From Candidatus Vogelbacteria bacterium (lineage in GTDB: Bacteria > Patescibacteriota > Minisyncoccia > Phycocordibacterales > XYD1-FULL-46-19), in NCBI GenBank assembly GCA_021414225.1, contig JAIOOX010000004.1, forward strand, positions 66,206 through 130,205: 64,000 nt of DNA, read 5' to 3'. Both the position numbers and the translations under genes were made by a program. Shown piece after piece: positions 1-8,435 of the stretch; within the stretch, counting starts at the first letter, position 1; each line of letters opens with the position of its first letter. The notes under the pieces were generated by a model, which saw only the letters and a program-made list of their open reading frames with translations, had not been told where the DNA came from and searched no databases.

Positions 1-151
1 CATTCGGCGCTTCAATAAAAATAGCATCGCCCTGACCTATGTTAAGAAAAGACACCCGCAACCCCCGATTAGTTGTTTGCCAAATGAATAACCAGACCAA
101 ACTCGTTATAATTATCAGAGTAGTTAATATCAGCCAGCGAGTTTTTTTCAT
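1..151 (-). CDS. MBL-fold metallo-hydrolase resembling the ComEC C-terminal beta-lactamase domain. It is N-terminal only; the gene runs off the window start.
   Basis: Minus-strand ATG at 151 gives MKKTRWLILTTLIIITSLVWLFIWQTTNRGLRVSFLNIGQGDAIFIEAPN.... This is an N-terminal TM helix followed by the LxVxFLxVGQGDaxxI motif of ComEC MBL domains. The ORF is open to position 1. TATAAT lies 7 nt upstream of the ATG. Confidence 0.55.
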   Translation of the reverse strand, partial: MKKTRWLILTTLIIITSLVWLFIWQTTNRGLRVSFLNIGQGDAIFIEAPN

Positions 152-170
152 AAACTAATTATAGCAAAAG

Positions 171-210
171 AAAAAACCCGTCGAGCCATAGGCCCGACGG
201 GTTTTTTCTT
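171..210. terminator. Rho-independent terminator hairpin, bidirectional: A-tract on the left, T-tract on the right.
   Basis: cccgtcgagcc-atag-ggcccgacggg forms a 10/11-bp GC-rich stem, followed by ttttttc. It lies downstream of the minus-strand ORF 216..428. Confidence 0.6.
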
Positions 211-215
211 TAAAA

Positions 216-428
216 CTATTTCTTAGCTGGAGTTGAAGCTTGAGTAGTAGCTGGAGTGCTAGCTGCTGGCCCTACCGCCCCGTTAAGAAACTGTACAATT
301 TGTTGAATTTGAGCGTTATTTTGGATAGTCAAAGATCTTACTTGATAAACCATATAAGCATGATAAACAAAGACTACAAAAATTGCTCCCAAAATAAACG
401 CTACAACTATATTTTTATTATTTTTCAT
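216..428 (-). CDS. Hypothetical small membrane protein (70 aa, one N-terminal TM helix, Thr/Pro/Ala-rich tail).
   Basis: ORF with hydrophobic segment IVVAFILGAIFVVFVYHAY. It sits between the two ComEC-related genes and is followed by a terminator. Confidence 0.4.
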   Translation of the reverse strand: MKNNKNIVVAFILGAIFVVFVYHAYMVYQVRSLTIQNNAQIQQIVQFLNGAVGPAASTPATTQASTPAKK

Positions 429-486
429 AAAAAATATTAAGACCTAATAATTCTGTAAAAACTACGTGCTACCTATTATAAATAAT

Positions 487-1971
487 CTATAACTTCTTGC
501 CTAGTGGATGAAGACTTTTAAAGCCCAACCAAAAATAGATTCCATACCAAACAACCACCACCACCAAAGGTAAGGTCGGCACCAAAAAAGCAGCAAAAGG
601 TAAAAGCGACCACCATTTCACAATCATTAAAATATAAGACAGGGTCACCAAACTAAATCCGGCGAAAATAAAACTAAACCAATGACCAACAAAACCAATT
701 AGACCAGTCAAAAAAACTACCAACATTGTTAGGGGTACCATTGGTAAAACCAACAAGTTAACTGGTAAGGCCACAATTGATAACTGTCCCACCTTATATA
801 ACAACCACGGTAAAACAAATAACTGAGTGGCTAAAGTAGAACCAACAATATCTCTCAAACCAAATCTTTCCGGCACTCTAGTTAAATAAGGTTCCAAAAT
901 AGTGGTGCCATAAATCAAACCAATAGTCGACAAAAAAGATAACTGAAAACCGACATCAAAACCTAAGACCAGTGGGTTATAAAAAATCATCCCAAAAGCC
1001 GCCAAGACGAGGGCCACTGTAATATCATAGTTTCGCCCTGTCGCCCTAGCCATCAACACCAAAAGAGCCATAACTGAAGCCCGGATCACCGTCGAACCAC
1101 CACCAACCATGACCGCAAATAAAATTATACTAAAACCACCCACCGAGAGAGCCACCAACCGCGGTAAAAACAAACCAGCTAATTTCAAAATATTTTCCGC
1201 TACAATTGTAATATTGTAGCCAGACAAAACAACAATGTGGACTAGGCCCACCCGTCTGAAATCTTCTTGCCGGTCTTTACCTAACCCTTGCTTAGCACCA
1301 ACCACTAGGCCACTAGCCAAAGAGACTGCCGGCTCGGGTATGTCACGCTCTAAGTTACTAATAAAACTTTGTTTAATTGTAAATAAAATTCGGACTGGCG
1401 ACCACCACTGACCGGCTTTTATTTTCTTCACCTCTCCCCGACTGATTAGGTACTGGACTCCTTGAACTTTCAGATAATTAACATAATCAAATTCTCGACC
1501 AGTATCCGTTAGAAAATTTTTAGGTTTAGACAACTGCCCAACCACTTCTACTTTGTCACCGTACTCTACTTGGGAACCCAAAGGTACCACCACCAACACT
1601 GATTGATCCAAATTATTTGGCCTTACCAACAATCGTAGTCCAGTCTCACGTTCATCTGGTTCATCAACTATTTGGCCAGTTACAGAAATATTCTGACCAA
1701 GCTTTGACTCCAAACTGGCGACTGGTTGAATTTGGGTTTGATTAAATCTAAAACCACCCACACAAAAACCCAACAACAATAAACCAAGAAACACTAATTT
1801 GAAACTGGTTTGAAAATAAGACACTACTATCAACCCAAAACCAATCAGTAATATTAAGCCTAAATAATAGTTACCTACAAGCTGATAACTAGACCAAACA
1901 ACCCCTAGGAAAAAACCACTAATTGTCAGTCCGACACTCCACCGTAAATCATTAATCGCCAGCCCCACCAT
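487..1971 (-). CDS. comEC: ComEC/Rec2-family competence membrane protein. It has the DUF4131-like N-terminal TM region, an OB fold and the polytopic competence domain, but no MBL domain.
   Basis: 494 aa. N-terminal TM helices are followed by a soluble OB-like segment (VTGQIVDEPDERETGLRLLVRP...), then about 8 TM helices typical of the ComEC competence domain. It is adjacent to a separate MBL-domain gene. Confidence 0.6.
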   Translation of the reverse strand: MVGLAINDLRWSVGLTISGFFLGVVWSSYQLVGNYYLGLILLIGFGLIVVSYFQTSFKLVFLGLLLLGFCVGGFRFNQTQIQPVASLESKLGQNISVTGQIVDEPDERETGLRLLVRPNNLDQSVLVVVPLGSQVEYGDKVEVVGQLSKPKNFLTDTGREFDYVNYLKVQGVQYLISRGEVKKIKAGQWWSPVRILFTIKQSFISNLERDIPEPAVSLASGLVVGAKQGLGKDRQEDFRRVGLVHIVVLSGYNITIVAENILKLAGLFLPRLVALSVGGFSIILFAVMVGGGSTVIRASVMALLVLMARATGRNYDITVALVLAAFGMIFYNPLVLGFDVGFQLSFLSTIGLIYGTTILEPYLTRVPERFGLRDIVGSTLATQLFVLPWLLYKVGQLSIVALPVNLLVLPMVPLTMLVVFLTGLIGFVGHWFSFIFAGFSLVTLSYILMIVKWWSLLPFAAFLVPTLPLVVVVVWYGIYFWLGFKSLHPLGKKL

Positions 1972-1992
1972 TTTTAAATTCTAAAGTAAAAA

Positions 1993-2418
1993 CTAACTAT
2001 TTGTATCCATTGCCTCATTAGCTAGTCGATCCGCTTCTTTGTTTTCCTCTCTAGGTATTTCTACGACTGAAAAGTTTGGTATGTATTTTCCAAGTAAATC
2101 TTGAACCACCAACCATAAATCTTTCATCCGTGGTTCTTTTATTTTGTACTTTTTGGTAATCTGCCTAGCCACCAACTGAGAATCCATTCGCAACTCCACC
2201 TGAGCCAACTTTAACTCTTCCATTCCAACCACCTCTTTAATTTGCTCCAAGCCAAAAATCACCCCATGATACTCGGCTTCATTGTTGGTTGCCTCCCCAA
2301 GGGCCTTGGAGGCCTCGTGGATCATCTGTCCAACCTCATCTGTAATCACGATACCTACCCCTGCATTTCCAGGATTACCTCGTGCTCCTCCGTCAGTATA
2401 TAAAATATATTTCTTCAT
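1993..2418 (-). CDS. rnhA: Ribonuclease HI
   Basis: YTDGGARGNPG and TNNEAEY motifs; about 140 aa. Confidence 0.8.
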   Translation of the reverse strand: MKKYILYTDGGARGNPGNAGVGIVITDEVGQMIHEASKALGEATNNEAEYHGVIFGLEQIKEVVGMEELKLAQVELRMDSQLVARQITKKYKIKEPRMKDLWLVVQDLLGKYIPNFSVVEIPREENKEADRLANEAMDTNS

Positions 2419-2427
2419 CTTGTTATT

Positions 2428-4185
2428 TTAAACTACCGATCTAATATCAACAATCCGCAGTCTCAATTCAGGATAATTCTTAAAATTAGACTTCTCCAAG
2501 TTGGCCAATAGATCAATCCGGTGCCCAGAAATCAGGGCTACGTCCGGAAAATTATGTCCATTGTGACCATCAAACTCTTCACTTTCATCTAAAACCGGCG
2601 GACAACCAAAAAAGCCAATCGCTACCAACTTCTTACCGTTAACCTGAAACGATAATTCAATATGAATACCGCCATTGCCAAACGTTTTCACTCCCCCAAT
2701 CTCAATATCTCGAAACAAAAAAACTGGTTTCGGATTATCAATCCCAAACGGCGACAATCTGTCCACTTCTTTAAAAGTGTCCCAGGTCACTTCACTCAAA
2801 TCAAGCTCGCTGTCGATCATTTGCTCGATCACCACTTCTTCTTTCGGTAACTTGCCATAGGCCTCAATCAGTCGATTTTCTAATTCATCTTCTTTTTCTG
2901 GCGCCAGTGAGAAACCACCTGCATGAATATGTCCACCCATGTCATTAAAAAAATCTCGTCCTCCAGCCGCCATCATCAGCTCCACTAAATTAACCGAGCC
3001 ATCCGACCGACAAGAACCTTTGATTAGACCATCGCCATTTTTACCCCAGACAAATGATACTCGATTGTATTTTTCGGTAATCCGAGCTGACGCCAAACCA
3101 AGTACTCCCAATCCCCAACTAGGGTCACCTACTACCACCACCGGTGCCACTTCCTTATGAGCAAAGTGATCAGTTACTGTTTGCATAATAGTTTCCACCA
3201 ACACCTTTCGCTGTTTATTATTTTTCTCGAGATTGGTAGCAATCGTTCGAGCCACTGAATCACTGTCAGTCGTCAGAAGTTCATAAGCTTCCGAACCATG
3301 AGTCATTCGACTAGCCGAGTTGATCCGCGGACCAATCATAAAACCAATATCATCTTCCGCAATCACTCCTAATTTTAATTTAAGTACGTGAACCAAAGCC
3401 AAGAGTCCCGGTCGCCGGGTTTTATTGAGTACTCGCAAACCAAAGTTCACCAGCACTCGATTTTCTCCCACTAGCGGCACCATGTCCGACACGGTCGAGA
3501 CAGCCACCAAATCCAGCAACCACTTCTCCCAACCAGGGACAATATCAAAACCACCTCGAGCGATCAGGCCTTGAACAAGTTTAAAAGCCACCCCCGCTCC
3601 ACATAAGTTTTTGTTGGGATACACATCGCCCTCCCGTTTCGGATCAACAATTGCTAACGCTTCCGGCAAGATTTCGTGAGGTAAGTGGTGATCAGTAATA
3701 ATCACATCAACACCAAGCTCTCGCGCTTTGACCGATTCCGCAAAAGCCGTAATTCCACAATCGATAGTAATGATTAATTTCACACCATCAGCGGCAAATT
3801 TATCAACTTGGATTAAATTAAGACCGTACGACTCTAAATGCCGATCAGGAATATAGGGTACAAAGTTTATAAAACCAACTTGTTTAAAAAATGTCGCCAA
3901 AATCGCTGTTCCCGGCACACCATCCGCATCGTAGTCACCAAAAATCACTATTTTTTCGTTGTTTTTGATCGCCAGCAAAATCCTCTCCACCGCTTTATCC
4001 ATATCGGTCATCAGAAACGGGTCATGAATATGCTTCTCGTAATCTGGATTTAAAAAGGGGTCCGCTTCATCAATATCTGTAATCCCGCGGTTGTATAAAA
4101 GTTTGGCCACCAACTCCGGCAAGGGAGCAAGTTTTTTCTCAGCTTGTTTAGTAATAGCCGGTCTCAGTGACCATTTTTTTGCCAT
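2428..4185 (-). CDS. recJ: Single-stranded-DNA-specific exonuclease RecJ (DHH/DHHA1 family)
   Basis: IVIFGDYDADGV, ITDHH and DHHA1-like C-terminal region; 585 aa. Confidence 0.8.
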   Translation of the reverse strand: MAKKWSLRPAITKQAEKKLAPLPELVAKLLYNRGITDIDEADPFLNPDYEKHIHDPFLMTDMDKAVERILLAIKNNEKIVIFGDYDADGVPGTAILATFFKQVGFINFVPYIPDRHLESYGLNLIQVDKFAADGVKLIITIDCGITAFAESVKARELGVDVIITDHHLPHEILPEALAIVDPKREGDVYPNKNLCGAGVAFKLVQGLIARGGFDIVPGWEKWLLDLVAVSTVSDMVPLVGENRVLVNFGLRVLNKTRRPGLLALVHVLKLKLGVIAEDDIGFMIGPRINSASRMTHGSEAYELLTTDSDSVARTIATNLEKNNKQRKVLVETIMQTVTDHFAHKEVAPVVVVGDPSWGLGVLGLASARITEKYNRVSFVWGKNGDGLIKGSCRSDGSVNLVELMMAAGGRDFFNDMGGHIHAGGFSLAPEKEDELENRLIEAYGKLPKEEVVIEQMIDSELDLSEVTWDTFKEVDRLSPFGIDNPKPVFLFRDIEIGGVKTFGNGGIHIELSFQVNGKKLVAIGFFGCPPVLDESEEFDGHNGHNFPDVALISGHRIDLLANLEKSNFKNYPELRLRIVDIRSVV

Positions 4186-4214
4186 AGGACGTGATTATAG
4201 CATATACTTAGTTC

Positions 4215-4574
4215 ATGACTGATTGTATATTTTGCAAAATAGTTGCCGGAGAAATCCCATCACACAAGGTTTACGAGAATGATAACTTCCTAGCCTTTTT
4301 GGATATTCATCCTCACTCCCCTGGTCATGTCCAAGTAATACCCAAGACTCACTACCGCTTCGTCTGGCAGGTACCAAATGCCGGCGACTATTTTGAAGTG
4401 GCTAAAAAGATAGCTTTAGCTCAACAAAAGGCTTTTAATACTGACTGGATCCTCAGCAAAATCGTTGGTGACGAAGTACCACACGCTCATATCTGGGTCT
4501 TCCCTAATGATAAAGTTAAAGGCGACAAAATGGATTTCGAAAACAATAAGCAAAATATTATAGCTAATTTATAA
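4215..4574 (+). CDS. HIT-family hydrolase (histidine triad)
   Basis: CIFCKIVAGEIP...HVQVIPK and the HAHIWVFP histidine triad; 119 aa. Confidence 0.8.
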   Translation: MTDCIFCKIVAGEIPSHKVYENDNFLAFLDIHPHSPGHVQVIPKTHYRFVWQVPNAGDYFEVAKKIALAQQKAFNTDWILSKIVGDEVPHAHIWVFPNDKVKGDKMDFENNKQNIIANL

Positions 4575-4576
4575 TT

Positions 4577-4954
4577 ATGACTAAAAAAATACTCTTGTTA
4601 ATCAGTTTGATTGTGATCTTGGGTGGATCATATTTAATTTACAAAACGTCCATTCCTTTTAAGTCAGATGACCAAATTATTACTTATACAGACACATCTC
4701 TGCGGGAAATTATAATCCAAAATAAAAGTCTGGTATGTAATACGGGATACGCTTCCGGCCTTAGTGGTTTTAAAGCTACTATTTACATTAAAAATCAAAC
4801 AGCGGAAATAGAGTATAAGGGTTCCGCTTTTAACCCAGAGACTGAATCAACAGAAATAACTCAAGAAAACTATTCCATCGACCTAAATAAACCAGACAAC
4901 AAAAATTTATTTGATATAGACAATCAATATTTTACCTATAAGTGCACGAGGTGA
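4577..4954 (+). CDS. Hypothetical secreted/membrane-anchored protein
   Basis: N-terminal signal/TM (KKILLLISLIVILGG). Its start overlaps the HIT gene's stop in operon style. Confidence 0.4.
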   Translation: MTKKILLLISLIVILGGSYLIYKTSIPFKSDDQIITYTDTSLREIIIQNKSLVCNTGYASGLSGFKATIYIKNQTAEIEYKGSAFNPETESTEITQENYSIDLNKPDNKNLFDIDNQYFTYKCTR

Positions 4955-5029
4955 GTATTTATATTTCACTTAATAAACTAGATTTTGAAAATAACAAACA
5001 AAAGATTGTAGGGAATCTATAAAAGTAAT

Positions 5030-5062
5030 AAAGCCGGAAGAATATTTATTCTTCCGGCTTGG
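5030..5062. terminator. Hairpin terminator shared by the convergent + gene (4577..4954) and the minus-strand rSAM-peptide operon
   Basis: agccggaaga-atatttat-tcttccggct, a 10-bp perfect stem. The minus strand is T-rich after the stem. Confidence 0.5.
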
Positions 5063-5075
5063 CGCTATCTATAGA

Positions 5076-5234
5076 TTACTTACCTTCGAGATGACTCGGG
5101 GTATCACTCGAAACGGAATTAGGTTTCGGTCTGGGCACTAGCCGGCCTTTCGAGCCAGACACAATGCACAACCGCACTTTTTCTCCGCTAGGGCGAGGCA
5201 CAATTCGCCCTTTGGAGCCCGACAAAACACCCAT
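5076..5234 (-). CDS. Short peptide ORF (52 aa) with two copies of the SGSKGRxVPRP motif. Candidate precursor peptide of the adjacent radical SAM enzyme. Not in the ORF track.
   Basis: Minus-strand SD agaagggaggtg (5240..5251), a 5-nt spacer, ATG at 5234, stop TAA at 5078..5076. Translation: MGVLSGSKGRIVPRPSGEKVRLCIVSGSKGRLVPRPKPNSVSSDTPSHLEGK. Confidence 0.55.
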   Translation of the reverse strand: MGVLSGSKGRIVPRPSGEKVRLCIVSGSKGRLVPRPKPNSVSSDTPSHLEGK

Positions 5235-5266
5235 TACAACACCTCCCTTCTAGATGAGATCAAAAG

Positions 5267-5362
5267 CTACTTGGAATTCGACCCGCTCGTTACCTTTTCA
5301 GGTCGAGTGATCAAATTCGGCCGAGGAACCACTCGCCCTTTGGATCCTGAGACTGTCGGCAT
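5267..5362 (-). CDS. Short peptide ORF (31 aa) with the SGSKGRVVPRP motif. Candidate precursor peptide. Not in the ORF track.
   Basis: Minus-strand SD aaggaggtg (5368..5376), a 5-nt spacer, ATG at 5362, stop TAG at 5269..5267. Translation: MPTVSGSKGRVVPRPNLITRPEKVTSGSNSK. It starts about 30 nt after the rSAM stop. Confidence 0.55.
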   Translation of the reverse strand: MPTVSGSKGRVVPRPNLITRPEKVTSGSNSK

Positions 5363-5391
5363 ACTATCACCTCCTTTCTAATCTGATTCAT

Positions 5392-6357
5392 TCACGAAAG
5401 TATACGCGACCAAACGCGCATCTCTTGGGTGAAAAGTTTGTTCACCGACTGACTATGCCCAGCAGGCATCATGGCCGGCTCGGCTTCGGTGCCCGTGCGA
5501 CCATCAAGAGTTGGCAGGTAAAACTTCCCATCCCAACGCAGATTGAGCTCACCTGACCACATCAAGCTTTGCGGACGATATACCAACTGCGTCCCAGACG
5601 ACAACTCTACTATCAAAGCATCGCCTTCTATCCTATCTGGTTTCCAAGGCAACGTCCGCAGGACTGGAATCAGATGTTCGATGTGAGCCAGGTCATACAG
5701 ATTGATAATTTTCGGCACCCCATTAAGAAGAGTTTCAAAAGCCATCCGGCATGACTTCTCGTCTGAAAAGTCAGCAGTCTCTCGCTCCACCACCGCGTCA
5801 GCTGTTGAGATCATGGCTACTGACAACGGAACATCATTATCAGCGAGCATCACTTCAAACTCGGACCACCGACCCAGGTTAGTAGGAGAAAGGCAAGATG
5901 AGATGATCGGATCAAACCCTTGATCTTTCAGCTTGAGCACAGCGCCCCAAGCTTTATCGAAAGCCCCCTCTTTGTTTCTCTGGATATCGTGGTCCGCTCT
6001 CACTCCATCAACTGAGATGTTGATATAGTCGAGTTGCCGAAGTAGTTCTATAGGAGCGTTGAAAATAGTATATCCATGATCAACAATTCCTATTTTCTCT
6101 ACCCCTGCTTCAAGACAAGCCTGGAGAAAAGCGAGACCTTTCGGGGTCAGCATTCTCCCGGCATAACCAACAGTGGCACCCCAACTAGCAATGAGCTTCG
6201 CCTGACGAGTCCAGTCATTAACTGTCTTTTCTTCCAAGTCGTGATGCCAAAAGCAATGACGACAAGACAGATTGCAAACCGCCACGATAGTAGCCACGAC
6301 TCGAAGTGGGTTGATAGACCCGTCGAGTTTATTTTCCAACCACCGATCAATCAACAT
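5392..6357 (-). CDS. Radical SAM enzyme of the AnSME/PqqE-like (SPASM/twitch-related) core type, apparently lacking the auxiliary Cys clusters
   Basis: CNLSCRHC (CxxxCxxC) at residues 28-35. ISVDGVRADHDIQRNKEGAFDKAWGAV matches the vSlDG...HD..Rg motif of peptide-modifying rSAMs. Only about 3 further Cys downstream. 321 aa. GC is elevated relative to neighbours. Confidence 0.8.
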   Translation of the reverse strand: MLIDRWLENKLDGSINPLRVVATIVAVCNLSCRHCFWHHDLEEKTVNDWTRQAKLIASWGATVGYAGRMLTPKGLAFLQACLEAGVEKIGIVDHGYTIFNAPIELLRQLDYINISVDGVRADHDIQRNKEGAFDKAWGAVLKLKDQGFDPIISSCLSPTNLGRWSEFEVMLADNDVPLSVAMISTADAVVERETADFSDEKSCRMAFETLLNGVPKIINLYDLAHIEHLIPVLRTLPWKPDRIEGDALIVELSSGTQLVYRPQSLMWSGELNLRWDGKFYLPTLDGRTGTEAEPAMMPAGHSQSVNKLFTQEMRVWSRILS

Positions 6358-6507
6358 GACGTCTCTCCTCTAAAATAGTGTTGTTAATTGCAAAGATCCT
6401 TCTGGAAACATCATACATAAATCAACAAGTCAATACTGACAAATAACATAGCCCACCAAGAAATAGTCAAAATAACGTTATTTTACATTGTAAAATAACT
6501 AATCTAT

Positions 6508-6536
6508 TTGACGAAAAAATCGTCACTTTGTATACT
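6508..6536 (+). promoter_or_regulatory. Sigma70-like promoter (TTGACG-17-TATACT) for the downstream regulator gene; predicts a leaderless transcript
   Basis: ttgacg (6508-6513), a 17-nt spacer, tatact (6531-6536). ATG at 6543 is 7 nt after the -10 box. Confidence 0.4.
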
Positions 6537-6542
6537 AAACTA

Positions 6543-7364
6543 ATGTTTATTGAAGAAGAATCCAAGTTACTTGGTCTAACCTCTAAAGAAAAGAGGCTCT
6601 TAACCGGTCTTTCAGCTACTCCTATAAGTGTCTCAGCCTTAGCTAAACAGACCAAAATAAAACGCACCAGCCTCTATTCCCTACTAGACCATCTCTCTAG
6701 TAGAGGCTTAGTATCTAAAACCCTTCAGGGTAAGCGTTGGTATTGGTTTGCCACTCCAGCGAAACAGCTGCAAGAAAAGTTTTTTTCTTTGGCCGAAAAT
6801 CACCGCACTACTAGTGAAGTTCGAGAACATGAGATTGGGATTATTGCCTCCCAAGACAGCGAGTATAAAATTTACCGAGGCAAGAATAAACTAATTACGA
6901 TTTATACTGAATTAGCTAATTTACCAAGACATAGCCGCTTATATGGAATACAGCCAAACATTTCAGTCGGCAGTGTCTTGAAACACTTACCTGATGAAAA
7001 TCTTATTACTATTAATGAGAGTTTTAAGAAACGTAATATTATTGTAGAAGCTCTTTTGCAGGAAGATTTTCTAACTGCCTACGCTGGCATACTTAAGCAA
7101 AAGAAACCCAAAAAAGAAATCTTACAATCATATGGAAATCGATTAGCAGTAACAACTTACATCCCTAAGGCTACCCTTAACTTTGATTCAGAAATAATTT
7201 TTTATGGAAATATTGTTTTATTCCTCAACTGGCAAGAGTTGGTTGCTATTGTTATTAAAAATAAAGATATCGTTGGTATTATGAAAGCCTTATTTGAGTT
7301 AGCAAAACTAAGCGGTGATCGTGTTGATCAAAACCCCCATGTAGAAAAACTGTTGGGCAAGTAA
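6543..7364 (+). CDS. Winged-helix (TrmB/MarR-like) transcriptional regulator, divergent from the rSAM operon
   Basis: N-terminal LGLTSKEKRLLTGLSATPISVSALAKQTKIKRTSLYSLLDHLSSRGLV resembles a TrmB-type wHTH. The ORF track begins at TTG 6528; ATG 6543 (MFIEEES...) fits the promoter better. Confidence 0.45.
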   Translation: MFIEEESKLLGLTSKEKRLLTGLSATPISVSALAKQTKIKRTSLYSLLDHLSSRGLVSKTLQGKRWYWFATPAKQLQEKFFSLAENHRTTSEVREHEIGIIASQDSEYKIYRGKNKLITIYTELANLPRHSRLYGIQPNISVGSVLKHLPDENLITINESFKKRNIIVEALLQEDFLTAYAGILKQKKPKKEILQSYGNRLAVTTYIPKATLNFDSEIIFYGNIVLFLNWQELVAIVIKNKDIVGIMKALFELAKLSGDRVDQNPHVEKLLGK

Positions 7365-7367
7365 ACT

Positions 7368-8435
7368 TTATTTCTTAAGCGCTTCCAGCCCAGGCAATGT
7401 TACCTCGGCTAAAAATTCGAGCATCGCACCACCACCAGTGGAGATAAAGTCTATTTGTTCATTAATATTCAAACCTTCTATCGCGGTCACCGTATCGCCT
7501 CCACCAATGATTGAGTAAGCCTTAGACTTAGCGATCGCTTTAGCAATAAGAGTTGTAGCTTGGCCGAAACCTACTTCAAAATTACCTTGAGGACCATTCC
7601 AGACCACTAGTTTAGCTTTACTAATTTTATCAGCCACAAAGGCTACCGACTGCGGACCAATATCAACGATCTTTTCTTGTTTACCGGTCGCTTCAGGCAT
7701 TTTAATCGCATCACCCTTAGGACCACTAGTCACCACATCGATCGGCAACACCACATTTTTATATTTCAAAATCTCAGCCAAACCTTTAGCCTCGCGATCC
7801 ACTACCGACTTCCCCACTTCATAGCCTTCTTTCAGAAAAAGAGCGTTGGCCAAAGCGCCACCAACAAACACAGTATCAGCTAATTTCGCAAAACGTTTGA
7901 TCAAAGGCAATTTGGTCGAAAACTTTACCCCACCTAACACAAACACAAAGGGGTGTTGTGGTTTGAAAGCTTTAGATAATTCTTTAACTTCTTTTTCGAC
8001 AAGGAGACCAGCATAAGCGGGCAACAACTTTGGCAGTGACACCACTGAAGCATGTTTACGGTGACAAACTGCAAAAGCTTCATTCACATAAATATCTGCC
8101 TCTTTGGCTAATTGCTTAGCAAAAGTTTTATCGTTTTTCTCTTCACCAGGATTGGAGCGAAGATTTGGGAGGAAAATTAAATTACCATAAGGCAACTTTT
8201 CACTCACGTATTCAACAATAGGTTCAATCGAGGCTTTCTCGTCACCAAGATGAGTCGCTAAGACAAGCGTCGCTCCACCGGCGACCAAATAAAGAAGAGT
8301 GGGAAAAGATTGATCAATCCGATAGGTATCCATAATTTTTCCATTCTTAATCGGCACATTCCAATCCACTCGGACAAACACTCGTTTACCAGCTAAATCT
8401 TTTTTCTTCAATTGTTTAATACTTCGTAGTTCCAT
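7368..8435 (-). CDS. pgk: Phosphoglycerate kinase
   Basis: RVDWNVP N-terminal signature and GGGDTV / GGGAMLEFL C-terminal motifs. 355 aa, compact. Confidence 0.85.
   Translation of the reverse strand: MELRSIKQLKKKDLAGKRVFVRVDWNVPIKNGKIMDTYRIDQSFPTLLYLVAGGATLVLATHLGDEKASIEPIVEYVSEKLPYGNLIFLPNLRSNPGEEKNDKTFAKQLAKEADIYVNEAFAVCHRKHASVVSLPKLLPAYAGLLVEKEVKELSKAFKPQHPFVFVLGGVKFSTKLPLIKRFAKLADTVFVGGALANALFLKEGYEVGKSVVDREAKGLAEILKYKNVVLPIDVVTSGPKGDAIKMPEATGKQEKIVDIGPQSVAFVADKISKAKLVVWNGPQGNFEVGFGQATTLIAKAIAKSKAYSIIGGGDTVTAIEGLNINEQIDFISTGGGAMLEFLAEVTLPGLEALKK

Noticed and set aside
2662-4053. Several 60-75-aa + strand ORFs (2662..2850, 2675..2860, 2939..3160, 3838..4053) inside recJ
   Set aside because: They are antisense to, and embedded in, a well-supported long gene, with no RBS or motifs. 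These are typical spurious ORFs.
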